Source: an uncultured Candidatus Saccharibacteria bacterium (GTDB taxonomy: Bacteria > Patescibacteriota > Minisyncoccia > Phycocordibacterales > UBA918). From it: a DNA stretch of 57,637 nucleotides. The notes below the pieces were generated by a model, which worked only from the letters and a program-made list of their open reading frames with translations, ran no database searches and was not told where the DNA came from. Position numbers and translations under genes: made by a program. The stretch is from positions 14,465 through 72,101 of the forward strand of contig CAYXYJ010000007.1 of the NCBI GenBank assembly GCA_964469295.1, written 5' to 3'. Every line of letters starts with the position of its first letter. The stretch's first letter is position 1. This document shows positions 38,982-47,018 of the stretch, piece by piece.

Positions 38982-39008
38982 AGTAAGGGTACTTTAATTT
39001 GATTTCTC

Positions 39009-40073
39009 ATGGTTTCGTACCTGTTTAGATTACTGGCCTTCACGTTTGTTTTTGTCAATATTTTATTTGTTCCGGCGGCATTGGCGGAGGAGCCGATGTA
39101 TCTTGGTGAAATTAATTTTAATAGCGGGTTGGTACCCTGTGGTGGGCAAGGGCAAGAACCGTGCCAAGCCTGTCATGTGATTGATCTAACCAACGGCGTC
39201 ATTGAGTGGTTGGTGATGGTGCTCGGTACCTTGGCCGCCATTATCATTGTCTATGCCGGATTCAAATTAGTAGTATCGGGCGGGAATCATCATGCTCGCG
39301 AAGAAGCCAAAAGCATGATTACAAATATGATTATTGGGTATGTGATTGTGCTGGCGGGGTGGTTGTTAATTGACACGGCGATGAAAGCGCTCTTGGATGA
39401 GGGTGAATTTGGTATTTGGAATCAAGTGCAGTGTGTAACGCAGCCAGACGTATTATGGACCGATCCCGCTACTTTTCTTAGTGGTACCAATGGTTGGAAT
39501 TCTACCGGAGTCACTGGCGTTGTGGGAGTAGAGTGTGGGTACGTGAGAGGTCCGGCCGGTATGCCAACGACCGAACGCGATTGTTCGGTTGCCATCGCGC
39601 AGTGTGAGGCGGTACCTGGAATAGCGACCGTTTCACCTGATGGTGCATCCGTTACTTGTGCACCGGCGCCAGTGCAAGGAAGTAGTGGCGGAGGAGTGCA
39701 GTGTAATCCTGGTAACACGGCGTGTAGTGTCAGTGCCTTGCAAGGGTATGGACTAAATGCGCAACAAGCGAATATTATGTCTTGTATTGCAATGACGGAA
39801 AGTTCTGGGATTCCGAGCATTCCGCCTTACAATCTTGCTCATCCCGAATCAAATTCGTCAGCATGTGGTACATTTCAGATTGTACGGACAACGTGGAATA
39901 GCTACGCTAGTCAAATATCGACTGATTGTCGTGACCATGCTTCCAGTTGTCAAAATGCTCGCTGTAACGCTCAACTAATGGTAGCGTTGGTGCGTGCCAG
40001 AGGATATAATGATTGGACCTGTCCAGGTTGTAATAGACGAGCGGCGGCCTGTGTTTCCCGGTATGGTGGCTAA
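39009..40073 (+). CDS. CPR pilin-like domain fused to a lytic-transglycosylase/lysozyme-like domain
   Basis: N-terminal IVYAGFKLVVSGGN...EEAKSMITNMIIG; C-terminal IAMTESSG, SACGTFQI..TTW, CN. Confidence 0.75.
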   Translation: MVSYLFRLLAFTFVFVNILFVPAALAEEPMYLGEINFNSGLVPCGGQGQEPCQACHVIDLTNGVIEWLVMVLGTLAAIIIVYAGFKLVVSGGNHHAREEAKSMITNMIIGYVIVLAGWLLIDTAMKALLDEGEFGIWNQVQCVTQPDVLWTDPATFLSGTNGWNSTGVTGVVGVECGYVRGPAGMPTTERDCSVAIAQCEAVPGIATVSPDGASVTCAPAPVQGSSGGGVQCNPGNTACSVSALQGYGLNAQQANIMSCIAMTESSGIPSIPPYNLAHPESNSSACGTFQIVRTTWNSYASQISTDCRDHASSCQNARCNAQLMVALVRARGYNDWTCPGCNRRAAACVSRYGG

Positions 40074-40085
40074 TAATTATCTGGC

Positions 40086-40574
40086 ATGAAAAAAATCATC
40101 ATTATTATTTTTGTCCTATTTATTCCTATTGGGGTTATGGTGGGGTATAAAAAATTTTCTAACCAATCTATTGTGGACGACACCAGTCCGGTGCAATATA
40201 CAGACCTTACCATTTCATTGACTCCAGCCCAATCAGATAAAGTGATTGTTGGCAATTTTCTGCAGCGACCCGATGTAACGGAAGATCGGCACAACAGCAT
40301 GTATTATTTTTTAGGAAATACTTTCGACAGTACTACCGCACCATATGTCGTTACCTTTGATGCTGTTGGTCGATATTTTACTGTTGCACTTTTACAATCG
40401 CCATTTGGTGAATCTCGTCGTGCTGCAGAGCAATATTTACTCGGTGTATTAGACATCAGTGAAGCAGAAATGTGCACGCTTTCCTATGCCGTAAGTGTCC
40501 CGGGGTACGTTTCAGAATCTGCTTCTGGTGAGGATTATCGATTTAGTTTCTGTTCAGACGCAAAGCAATTGTAA
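40086..40574 (+). CDS. Membrane-anchored extracellular hypothetical protein
   Basis: N-terminal TM; Cys pair; between two pilin-hydrolase fusions. Confidence 0.75.
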   Translation: MKKIIIIIFVLFIPIGVMVGYKKFSNQSIVDDTSPVQYTDLTISLTPAQSDKVIVGNFLQRPDVTEDRHNSMYYFLGNTFDSTTAPYVVTFDAVGRYFTVALLQSPFGESRRAAEQYLLGVLDISEAEMCTLSYAVSVPGYVSESASGEDYRFSFCSDAKQL

Positions 40575-40579
40575 TCAAT

Positions 40580-41506
40580 ATGAAATTATTATTTTGGACA
40601 GTGGGAGTGTTCGGACTACTATTTTTTATGAGTCCGGATGTGTCTCTCGCCCAAGGATTGGCGGATTTGGCACAATGTTCTGGAACCGATTGTTCGGCAT
40701 GTAATATTGTTTATTTGGCTAATGGTGGCATTAAATGGCTTGTGGGCTTTTTGTGTGTGTTGTGCGCGGCGCTCATTGCGTGGGCGGGATTTGGATTAGT
40801 GATGTCTGGTGGAAATCGACATGCGCTTGATGAGGCGAAAAATACTTTCACTAATGCCATCATTGGTCTGATCATTCTTTTGTCCGCTTGGTTGATTGTA
40901 GATACCATCATGCGGGCGCTGGTAGGTAACGACGAAAATCCAGGTTCAGTGCAAACTGTTAACGGCTGGCTTTTCTGGAGTGATGTGCAATGTCAGGTGC
41001 AAGAGGAACCAGAATATACACCGCACTCTAATGATGATATTAGTATGGTGCCAATGGTGCCTGGCCCAGCGGGTATGCCAGTTGCTGGTACCGGTGCAAA
41101 TTGTCCTGTTCCTGATGCTGGGGGCATGGTATCGATTCCCGGACAAGAAAGGTTTGTCGCGACACCTGATACGGTATCTCGTTTTGTACAAATGCGTACG
41201 GCAGCTGCGGCTGATGGTATTACATTAACTGTTACCAGTGCGTATCGTTCGGAAGCAGAACAAGTACAGATTTGGACCAGCCGAGGATGTCATAATAATC
41301 CTTCTCTATGTAGTGGAAGAGCAGCTATGCCTTGTAGCTACGGTGGAAACGGCTCCAATCATAACTCTGGTGTAGCACTTGATATTAGTGTTGGACAATC
41401 AGGCAGTGCTACATTTAATTGGTTAAAGAGAAATGGCGGAAGATATGGATTTTATAATAACCTAGATGCTCGAGATCCATTTCATTGGTCACCATCAGGA
41501 CGGTGA
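40580..41506 (+). CDS. CPR pilin-like domain fused to an M15B (VanY-like) D-Ala-D-Ala peptidase
   Basis: IAWAGFGLVMSGGN...DEAKNTFTNAIIG; SAYRS..EQ, SNHNSGVALD, PFHW. Confidence 0.85.
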   Translation: MKLLFWTVGVFGLLFFMSPDVSLAQGLADLAQCSGTDCSACNIVYLANGGIKWLVGFLCVLCAALIAWAGFGLVMSGGNRHALDEAKNTFTNAIIGLIILLSAWLIVDTIMRALVGNDENPGSVQTVNGWLFWSDVQCQVQEEPEYTPHSNDDISMVPMVPGPAGMPVAGTGANCPVPDAGGMVSIPGQERFVATPDTVSRFVQMRTAAAADGITLTVTSAYRSEAEQVQIWTSRGCHNNPSLCSGRAAMPCSYGGNGSNHNSGVALDISVGQSGSATFNWLKRNGGRYGFYNNLDARDPFHWSPSGR

Positions 41507-41513
41507 TTGGTGT

Positions 41514-41587
41514 TGGCGAGCCCACGAGGATTCGAACCTCGGTCAACGGTTTTGGAGACCGTTATTCTACCACTGAACTATAGGCCC
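41514..41587 (-). tRNA. tRNA-Trp(CCA)
   Basis: Cloverleaf, loop CTCCAAA, encoded CCA. Confidence 0.95.
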
Positions 41588-41633
41588 AATTTACAGTGCG
41601 CTCATAGTACGAAAAAATGGACGGAAAAGCAAA

Positions 41634-42551
41634 CTATGAGCGTGGGATAGGGTGCTGTGCCAAAAAAGTATCTATGCATTGTGTTATGTCATGCATATTT
41701 TCCGGATTAATCCATTGAATCGTTTTGTCACGTTTCAGCCAAGTGCATTGCCGTTTTGCAAATTGACGGATTTTTGTTTCAAGTATTGTGCACATGTCAT
41801 CGTATGTCATCTCTTTGCGTAGATACCGAGAAATGTATCGGCATTCAAGACCGAGTGATTCCAGTCGTTCATGGGTGATGCCTTGTTCAAGTAACGTTTC
41901 AATTTCTTTGACCATGCCGGCTGCCAACCGTTCGTGCAGTCGAGTGTGAATATTCTGCTGCAGCTGCACTGGAGCAATCGTGATGCCTATTTTCAGTACT
42001 TCATAGGGAATATCTGCTGGTGACGATTTTGGTACGTGTCCTAGAGCGGTGGCAATTTCAATAGCACGAATGATCCGTCGGGGGTTCTGGGTATCTATGG
42101 TACCTGCTCTCGCTTGGTCAAGAGTCGCTAATTTTTCCATCAATTCAGTAGTGGATAGAGTGTCTAATGTGTCACGGAGTGCAATATTGGGTGGAACGCT
42201 TGGTAATGTTGTATGTCCTAAAAAAGCGTCAATATAAAAGAAGGTACCGCCAGCGATAATGGGGAGATGTTGTCTGTGAATAATATCGGTCGTAGCTACA
42301 GTTGCATCATGTACGAAGTCATTTGCTGTATAGGTTTGTGTAGGATCGGCGATATTTAAAAGATGATGTTGAACACTCTGCATCTCTTGTGTAGTGACTT
42401 TGCCGCTGGCCAAATCAAGACCTCGATAGACTTGGCGCGAATCAGCTGAAATTACCTCGCCGGCAAATTGTTGCGCGAGTTTAATGGAAAGTGAGGTTTT
42501 GCCAGACGAGGTCGGTCCGACTATCACCATGATGGGTGGTTTTGTGGCCAT
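41634..42551 (-). CDS. miaA: tRNA dimethylallyltransferase
   Basis: GPTSSGKT, ISADSRQVY, GGTFFY, NPRRIIRA, AKRQ.TW. Confidence 0.97.
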   Translation of the reverse strand: MATKPPIMVIVGPTSSGKTSLSIKLAQQFAGEVISADSRQVYRGLDLASGKVTTQEMQSVQHHLLNIADPTQTYTANDFVHDATVATTDIIHRQHLPIIAGGTFFYIDAFLGHTTLPSVPPNIALRDTLDTLSTTELMEKLATLDQARAGTIDTQNPRRIIRAIEIATALGHVPKSSPADIPYEVLKIGITIAPVQLQQNIHTRLHERLAAGMVKEIETLLEQGITHERLESLGLECRYISRYLRKEMTYDDMCTILETKIRQFAKRQCTWLKRDKTIQWINPENMHDITQCIDTFLAQHPIPRS

Positions 42552-42606
42552 TTGGTCGAGTGTAGCAAGACTAGGAAAAATCGCAAAGTACCGTACGATA
42601 GTAGAT

Positions 42607-43227
42607 ATGGAGTATGGTGTTGACGTAGCCAGTATGCGCCTTGATGATCTGGATAAAAAGATCGTGGCGGCAGTGAGAGAGCGTACATTGGCCGGATTAT
42701 CGACCCGGGTAGTGGATGTTGGGTGTGGAAAAGGAGGGTTGTGTGTGGCGCTGTTGGCTGCTGGTGCCGAAGTGATTGGTATTGATATTGGAGCGTACGA
42801 AACTACGATTCGAGAATCTCTGATGAGTGCGGATGTAGACGCTACTCGCTTTAGCTATTATCAGCAAGATTTGCGACATGGTGACATTCCAGCCTGTGAT
42901 ATGTTGGTGCTGCAACGCGTACTCCACTATGTGCCGTATACCGATGCGCAGGCATGGCTGAAGCAGTGTCGTACACAGGCGACACAGCTATTCGTGTCAA
43001 TGACTGGTGTGGCAACCGCTATTGGTCAGCATTACGCCGCCGCTCAGTTGCCGGTGCATGAACGGTGGGGCAGACTTGATGAGGTTGGACAGCAGCTGTT
43101 TTCGATTACTGCACCGCTGTGTTTGTATACCGAGACTGAGTGTCTCCAGTTGCTACGTGACGCCGGTTGGGAGGTGGCTTGGTCGCGAGTGTCTGATTTT
43201 GGGAATATTAAAGTAGTGTGCGGCTGA
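42607..43227 (+). CDS. Class I SAM-dependent methyltransferase
   Basis: VVDVGCGKG, GIDI, QDLR, QRVLHYV. Confidence 0.85.
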   Translation: MEYGVDVASMRLDDLDKKIVAAVRERTLAGLSTRVVDVGCGKGGLCVALLAAGAEVIGIDIGAYETTIRESLMSADVDATRFSYYQQDLRHGDIPACDMLVLQRVLHYVPYTDAQAWLKQCRTQATQLFVSMTGVATAIGQHYAAAQLPVHERWGRLDEVGQQLFSITAPLCLYTETECLQLLRDAGWEVAWSRVSDFGNIKVVCG

Positions 43228-43244
43228 AAATACCTACTTTTGCT

Positions 43245-43421
43245 TTGTGCCTCGGGAGGGGGTCGAACATTACATGTTCAGTATAGGTTGTCACCCGTTC
43301 GTTTCCTGTCAGTCACAAACGGGTAGACAACCTTTTCGACCCACGCCACGCTTTTTATTAGAAGCTGCTCCTCCCTCACCACTCCTCACTTTGTTCGTTG
43401 TGCCTCGGGAGGGGGTCGAAC
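43245..43421. repeat. 24-bp direct repeat of the tRNA-Leu(CAA) 3' end enclosing a 129-bp structured spacer
   Basis: TTGTGCCTCGGGAGGGGGTCGAAC at 43245-43268 and 43398-43421. Confidence 0.92.
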
Positions 43422-43482
43422 CCTCACACCTTGCGATACACGATTTTGAGTCGTGCGCGTATACCAATTCCGCCACCGAGGC
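43401..43482 (-). tRNA. tRNA-Leu(CAA)
   Basis: Cloverleaf, loop CTCAAAA, long variable arm. Confidence 0.95.
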
Positions 43483-43644
43483 AATCTGTGTCTGTGACAG
43501 TGTGGGCATCATACCAGATAATTGAAAACTTATAAACACCTCGGCGTTGGGGAGTTATGATACACTACAGGAACGGGCACGCGTTGGCGTTTTGGAGGTC
43601 ATCTTTAGTCCGGTTTTTCCACGTTTTTATTCTCGTTATTTACT

Positions 43645-44979
43645 ATGGCATTTCAGCAAGATTCCATCTTTTGGGTAGAAGTAGAAAAGATTGTCCCGAA
43701 CCCCTATCAGCCACGGCGTGAATTTGATGAAATAAAATTAAAAGAATTATCCGAATCCGTTCGCATGTACGGCATTTTGCAGCCACTGACAGTGACGCGC
43801 AAGGAAATTCAAGGAGCTGACGGATCATTTCGTAGTGAGTATGAATTGATTGCTGGCGAGCGACGGTTACGGGCGAGTAAATTGGCTGGGTTGCAACTCG
43901 TTCCAGTCATCATTCGTGATGGTGAACAAACCGAACAGGAAAAACTCGAACTTGCTATTATTGAAAATTTGCAACGTGAGGATTTAAATGCGGTTGACCG
44001 AGCGCTCGCGTTTCGTCAATTGGCGGATGTTTTTGGGTTGTCGCATAGTCAGGTCGGGGTAAAGGTGGGCCGCAGTCGCGAATACGTATCAAATTCGATT
44101 CGCTTACTGGCGTTGCCAGACTACATGTTGTCGTCGCTTCGCACTAATGATATTACGGAAGGTCATGGCCGGACATTATTGATGCTAAATGATCGTCCGG
44201 AAGAACAAGACGTGGTGTACCGTGAAATTTTATTAAAGAAATTATCAGTGCGGGAAGTAGAACGGATTGCCCGCGGGATTGCCACCGAACGAGTGCGAAA
44301 AAAGGAATTAGTCGATAATGATTTATTACAAATTGAGAAAGAGTTTACTTCGGCACTCGGCACTCGAGTTAGTATTACCAAGACTGACTTTGGTGGTCGA
44401 CTGACGATTGATTATTTTTCAGTCGAAGATTTAGAAGAAATGTTAGCCAAAATGAAGGCAGAAGCGCGCGGAGAAATAGCGGTAGAATATCGTGATGAAT
44501 CAGAAGACACGGTGGTCAGTGACGCCGTGGATGAAGAATTGGCGACCCTGGCTGCGCTCGCTCATAGTACTGGTATCGAACCGGTTGCCGCGGAAGTATC
44601 TATGCCACAACCAAACACCAGTGCAATACTGACAGAAACGGAAATGGATACTATTACAAACGCGGGAGAAGATGTTGATCTTGATGTCGTACCTTCCTCT
44701 ATAATTTCTGACAGAGAAAGCATTACCGCGGCGTCTAGCAACGACCCAATTATAGAAACGGTCGTTACCACAGTCGTTACTCCAGCGACGACGCCCGTAA
44801 AAAATAGTCTGCGGGATCAACTCGCCGCCCTGTTAGGAAAACGACAAGATGCGCCCGTTGACACTATTGTTGCAGTCACTGCTCCATCGCAACCAGAACC
44901 AACAAATGCACCTGATGATGCGTCAAAAGGTAATGATGACGAGAGTGATTTGTATTCGACAAACCGTTTTACTATTTAG
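43645..44979 (+). CDS. parB: ParB/Spo0J partition protein with long acidic tail
   Basis: PNPYQPRR, GILQPL, YELIAGERRLRA, IIENLQREDL, HTH. Confidence 0.95.
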   Translation: MAFQQDSIFWVEVEKIVPNPYQPRREFDEIKLKELSESVRMYGILQPLTVTRKEIQGADGSFRSEYELIAGERRLRASKLAGLQLVPVIIRDGEQTEQEKLELAIIENLQREDLNAVDRALAFRQLADVFGLSHSQVGVKVGRSREYVSNSIRLLALPDYMLSSLRTNDITEGHGRTLLMLNDRPEEQDVVYREILLKKLSVREVERIARGIATERVRKKELVDNDLLQIEKEFTSALGTRVSITKTDFGGRLTIDYFSVEDLEEMLAKMKAEARGEIAVEYRDESEDTVVSDAVDEELATLAALAHSTGIEPVAAEVSMPQPNTSAILTETEMDTITNAGEDVDLDVVPSSIISDRESITAASSNDPIIETVVTTVVTPATTPVKNSLRDQLAALLGKRQDAPVDTIVAVTAPSQPEPTNAPDDASKGNDDESDLYSTNRFTI

Positions 44980-44999
44980 GATACAGTATCCAAGCAAGG

Positions 45000-46550
45000 C
45001 TATTTGCCGGTTGCGGGAATACCTAATTCGGCTCGAATGTGTTTACGCGCGATTGAGGTTTTGGCAATATCAAGCCACTTTTTGGTTGGTTTGGCAGAGT
45101 CTTTGGTGTCGATTTCGACAATGTCACCGTTCTTTAATTCAGTTTCCAGTTGCACTAACTTTTTGTTTACTTTGGCGCCAGCAATATGGTTGCCAATCTC
45201 TGAGTGAATAGCGTAGGCAAAATCAATGGGTGTGGCTCCAACCGGTAAATCAACCACGTCACCATTGGGGGTAAAGACAAAGATGCGATTCATAAAGAAA
45301 TCTTGTTGCATGTCAGCCAAAAATTGACCTTCACCGTTGTCGTCTTTGGTATACGTTTCACCAATTTGGCTGATCCACTGGGGAATCCGTGATTTATGAT
45401 CGGCGGTTAACGTCTCGGCTGGGGTAGTATTGGTACTTGATTTTCGACTAAACGGTCGAAACAGCATCGGAATGAGATTAGAAAATCGCCCTCCGGTCGT
45501 GGTAGCTTTTTCACCAGTAGCGCTGGTAGTGTCTTTGTATACCAAATGTGATGCAATACCGAATTCGGCTTCTTGGTGCATTGCCGCGGTTCGGATTTGA
45601 ATTTCCATAATGGTGCCGTTTTTGGTTGTGACGGTCGTATGAATTGATTTGTATCCGTTTGGTTTGGGAAATGCAATGTAGTCTTTTACGCGACCTGGTA
45701 ACGGTCGCCATAATTCATGAATGATGCCCAACGTGCGATAACAATCTTCAACGGTCGGTACGATAACGCGCATTGCTAATAGATCGTACACACTATCAAC
45801 ATTCCAATCTTTGCGCATCAATTTGTGGTACATCGAATACAATCCTTTCACTCGGTACGACGTATGAAAATTAAGCAATTTGGCATCAGCTAATCGCTTC
45901 TGCAACACTTTTCTTTCACGTTCGAGCATATCGTGACCAGCCCGGTTTTCCAAAATTTCTTTCACTCGTTCATGTTCGGTGGGGTATACATAATGAAAGG
46001 CAATGTCTTCGAGTTCTTTACGAATCTTACCCATTCCCAATCGGTGGGCGATGGGAACGTAAATTTCGAGTGTCTCGCGCGCAATTCGTAATTGCTTTTC
46101 CGGCGGCACGTATGACAGGGTTTCCATGTTGTGCAACCGGTCGGTTAATTTGATGATGAGGACACGAATATCCTGACTGGTGGCAACGAATAATTTACGA
46201 AGCGATTCATTGTGACGATCCTTGCCGTAATAACGCACCGAAGACAATTTGGTTACTCCTTCGACTAAAAAGAGTACTTCTTCACCAAACTTACTTTTAA
46301 TATCATCAGCCGTAATTTTGGTATCCTCGATAGTGTCGTGTAACAACCCGGCTGCGACCGTTCGGGGGCCCATGCCCATGGTAGCGAGCTTGTAGCCGAC
46401 CTCAGCGATATGGGCCATGTATGGTTCGCCAGAATAGCGTTTTTGTTCATGGTGGGCTGATTCAGCAAAATCATACGCGCTCTTAATAAGGTGCTCGTCG
46501 GCTTCAGTCATTTTGGCCATTTTGCCAATGATGTCAGCGGCGGTTTTCAT
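45000..46550 (-). CDS. rel: RelA/SpoT homolog (HD hydrolase, synthetase, TGS)
   Basis: LLHDTIED, KDYIAFPKPNGYKSIHT, EIQIRT, TGS FVFTPNG...DFAYAIHS. Confidence 0.93.
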   Translation of the reverse strand: MKTAADIIGKMAKMTEADEHLIKSAYDFAESAHHEQKRYSGEPYMAHIAEVGYKLATMGMGPRTVAAGLLHDTIEDTKITADDIKSKFGEEVLFLVEGVTKLSSVRYYGKDRHNESLRKLFVATSQDIRVLIIKLTDRLHNMETLSYVPPEKQLRIARETLEIYVPIAHRLGMGKIRKELEDIAFHYVYPTEHERVKEILENRAGHDMLERERKVLQKRLADAKLLNFHTSYRVKGLYSMYHKLMRKDWNVDSVYDLLAMRVIVPTVEDCYRTLGIIHELWRPLPGRVKDYIAFPKPNGYKSIHTTVTTKNGTIMEIQIRTAAMHQEAEFGIASHLVYKDTTSATGEKATTTGGRFSNLIPMLFRPFSRKSSTNTTPAETLTADHKSRIPQWISQIGETYTKDDNGEGQFLADMQQDFFMNRIFVFTPNGDVVDLPVGATPIDFAYAIHSEIGNHIAGAKVNKKLVQLETELKNGDIVEIDTKDSAKPTKKWLDIAKTSIARKHIRAELGIPATGK

Positions 46551-46580
46551 ATATTCATCGTAGCGGGGAAGTACTAAAGT

Positions 46581-46634
46581 TGCAAGCCACCAGCCGGAAG
46601 AGGGATGAATCCCTCTTCCGGCTGGTGGCTTGCA
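46581..46634. repeat. 25-bp-arm perfect palindrome upstream of rel
   Basis: TGCAAGCCACCAGCCGGAAGAGGGA-tgaa-reverse complement. Confidence 0.92.
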
Positions 46635-46729
46635 GAAACCATTCATCCGTGGTTAAATTTTTACCTGGGCCTACCAGATAAACTGGTGGGGTGAACCAGT
46701 CCCTCACAGGGGGAGAAGAGGATACGATA

Positions 46730-46915
46730 ATGAATAAAAAAGTTGAAATGTCGGAGAAGACCGTTCCGGCCTGGATGGTTGGGGTGCTGGCTCGCACGGC
46801 CCACCTGAATCGCGGGCCGAGGATGCCTGTCAATCGGCTGCCGCCTGCTCCCAGACAGGATGGGTACAGCGGCGGCCGGATCATGTCCGACGGTTCGATT
46901 TGGCGGGAGGACTGA
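46730..46915 (+). CDS. Putative 61-aa orphan protein
   Basis: GAGGA SD 7 nt before the ATG; occupies the rel-topA gap on the opposite strand; GC-rich codons. Confidence 0.5.
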   Translation: MNKKVEMSEKTVPAWMVGVLARTAHLNRGPRMPVNRLPPAPRQDGYSGGRIMSDGSIWRED

Positions 46916-47018
46916 GGCCAAGCAGGGCCGTGGGTAGGGCGTTCGCGCCCCACCCAACCACAGACGAGTTCTTACGTTAAGAAGTGAATTCAGACACCGT
47001 AACATGGCGTCTTTTGTT

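Noticed and set aside
39165-39185. CxxCH haem-c motif (CQACH) in the pilin-hydrolase fusion
   Set aside because: The paralogue at 40580 has CSACN at the same position, so a structural disulfide is more likely. No cytochrome c maturation genes are in view.
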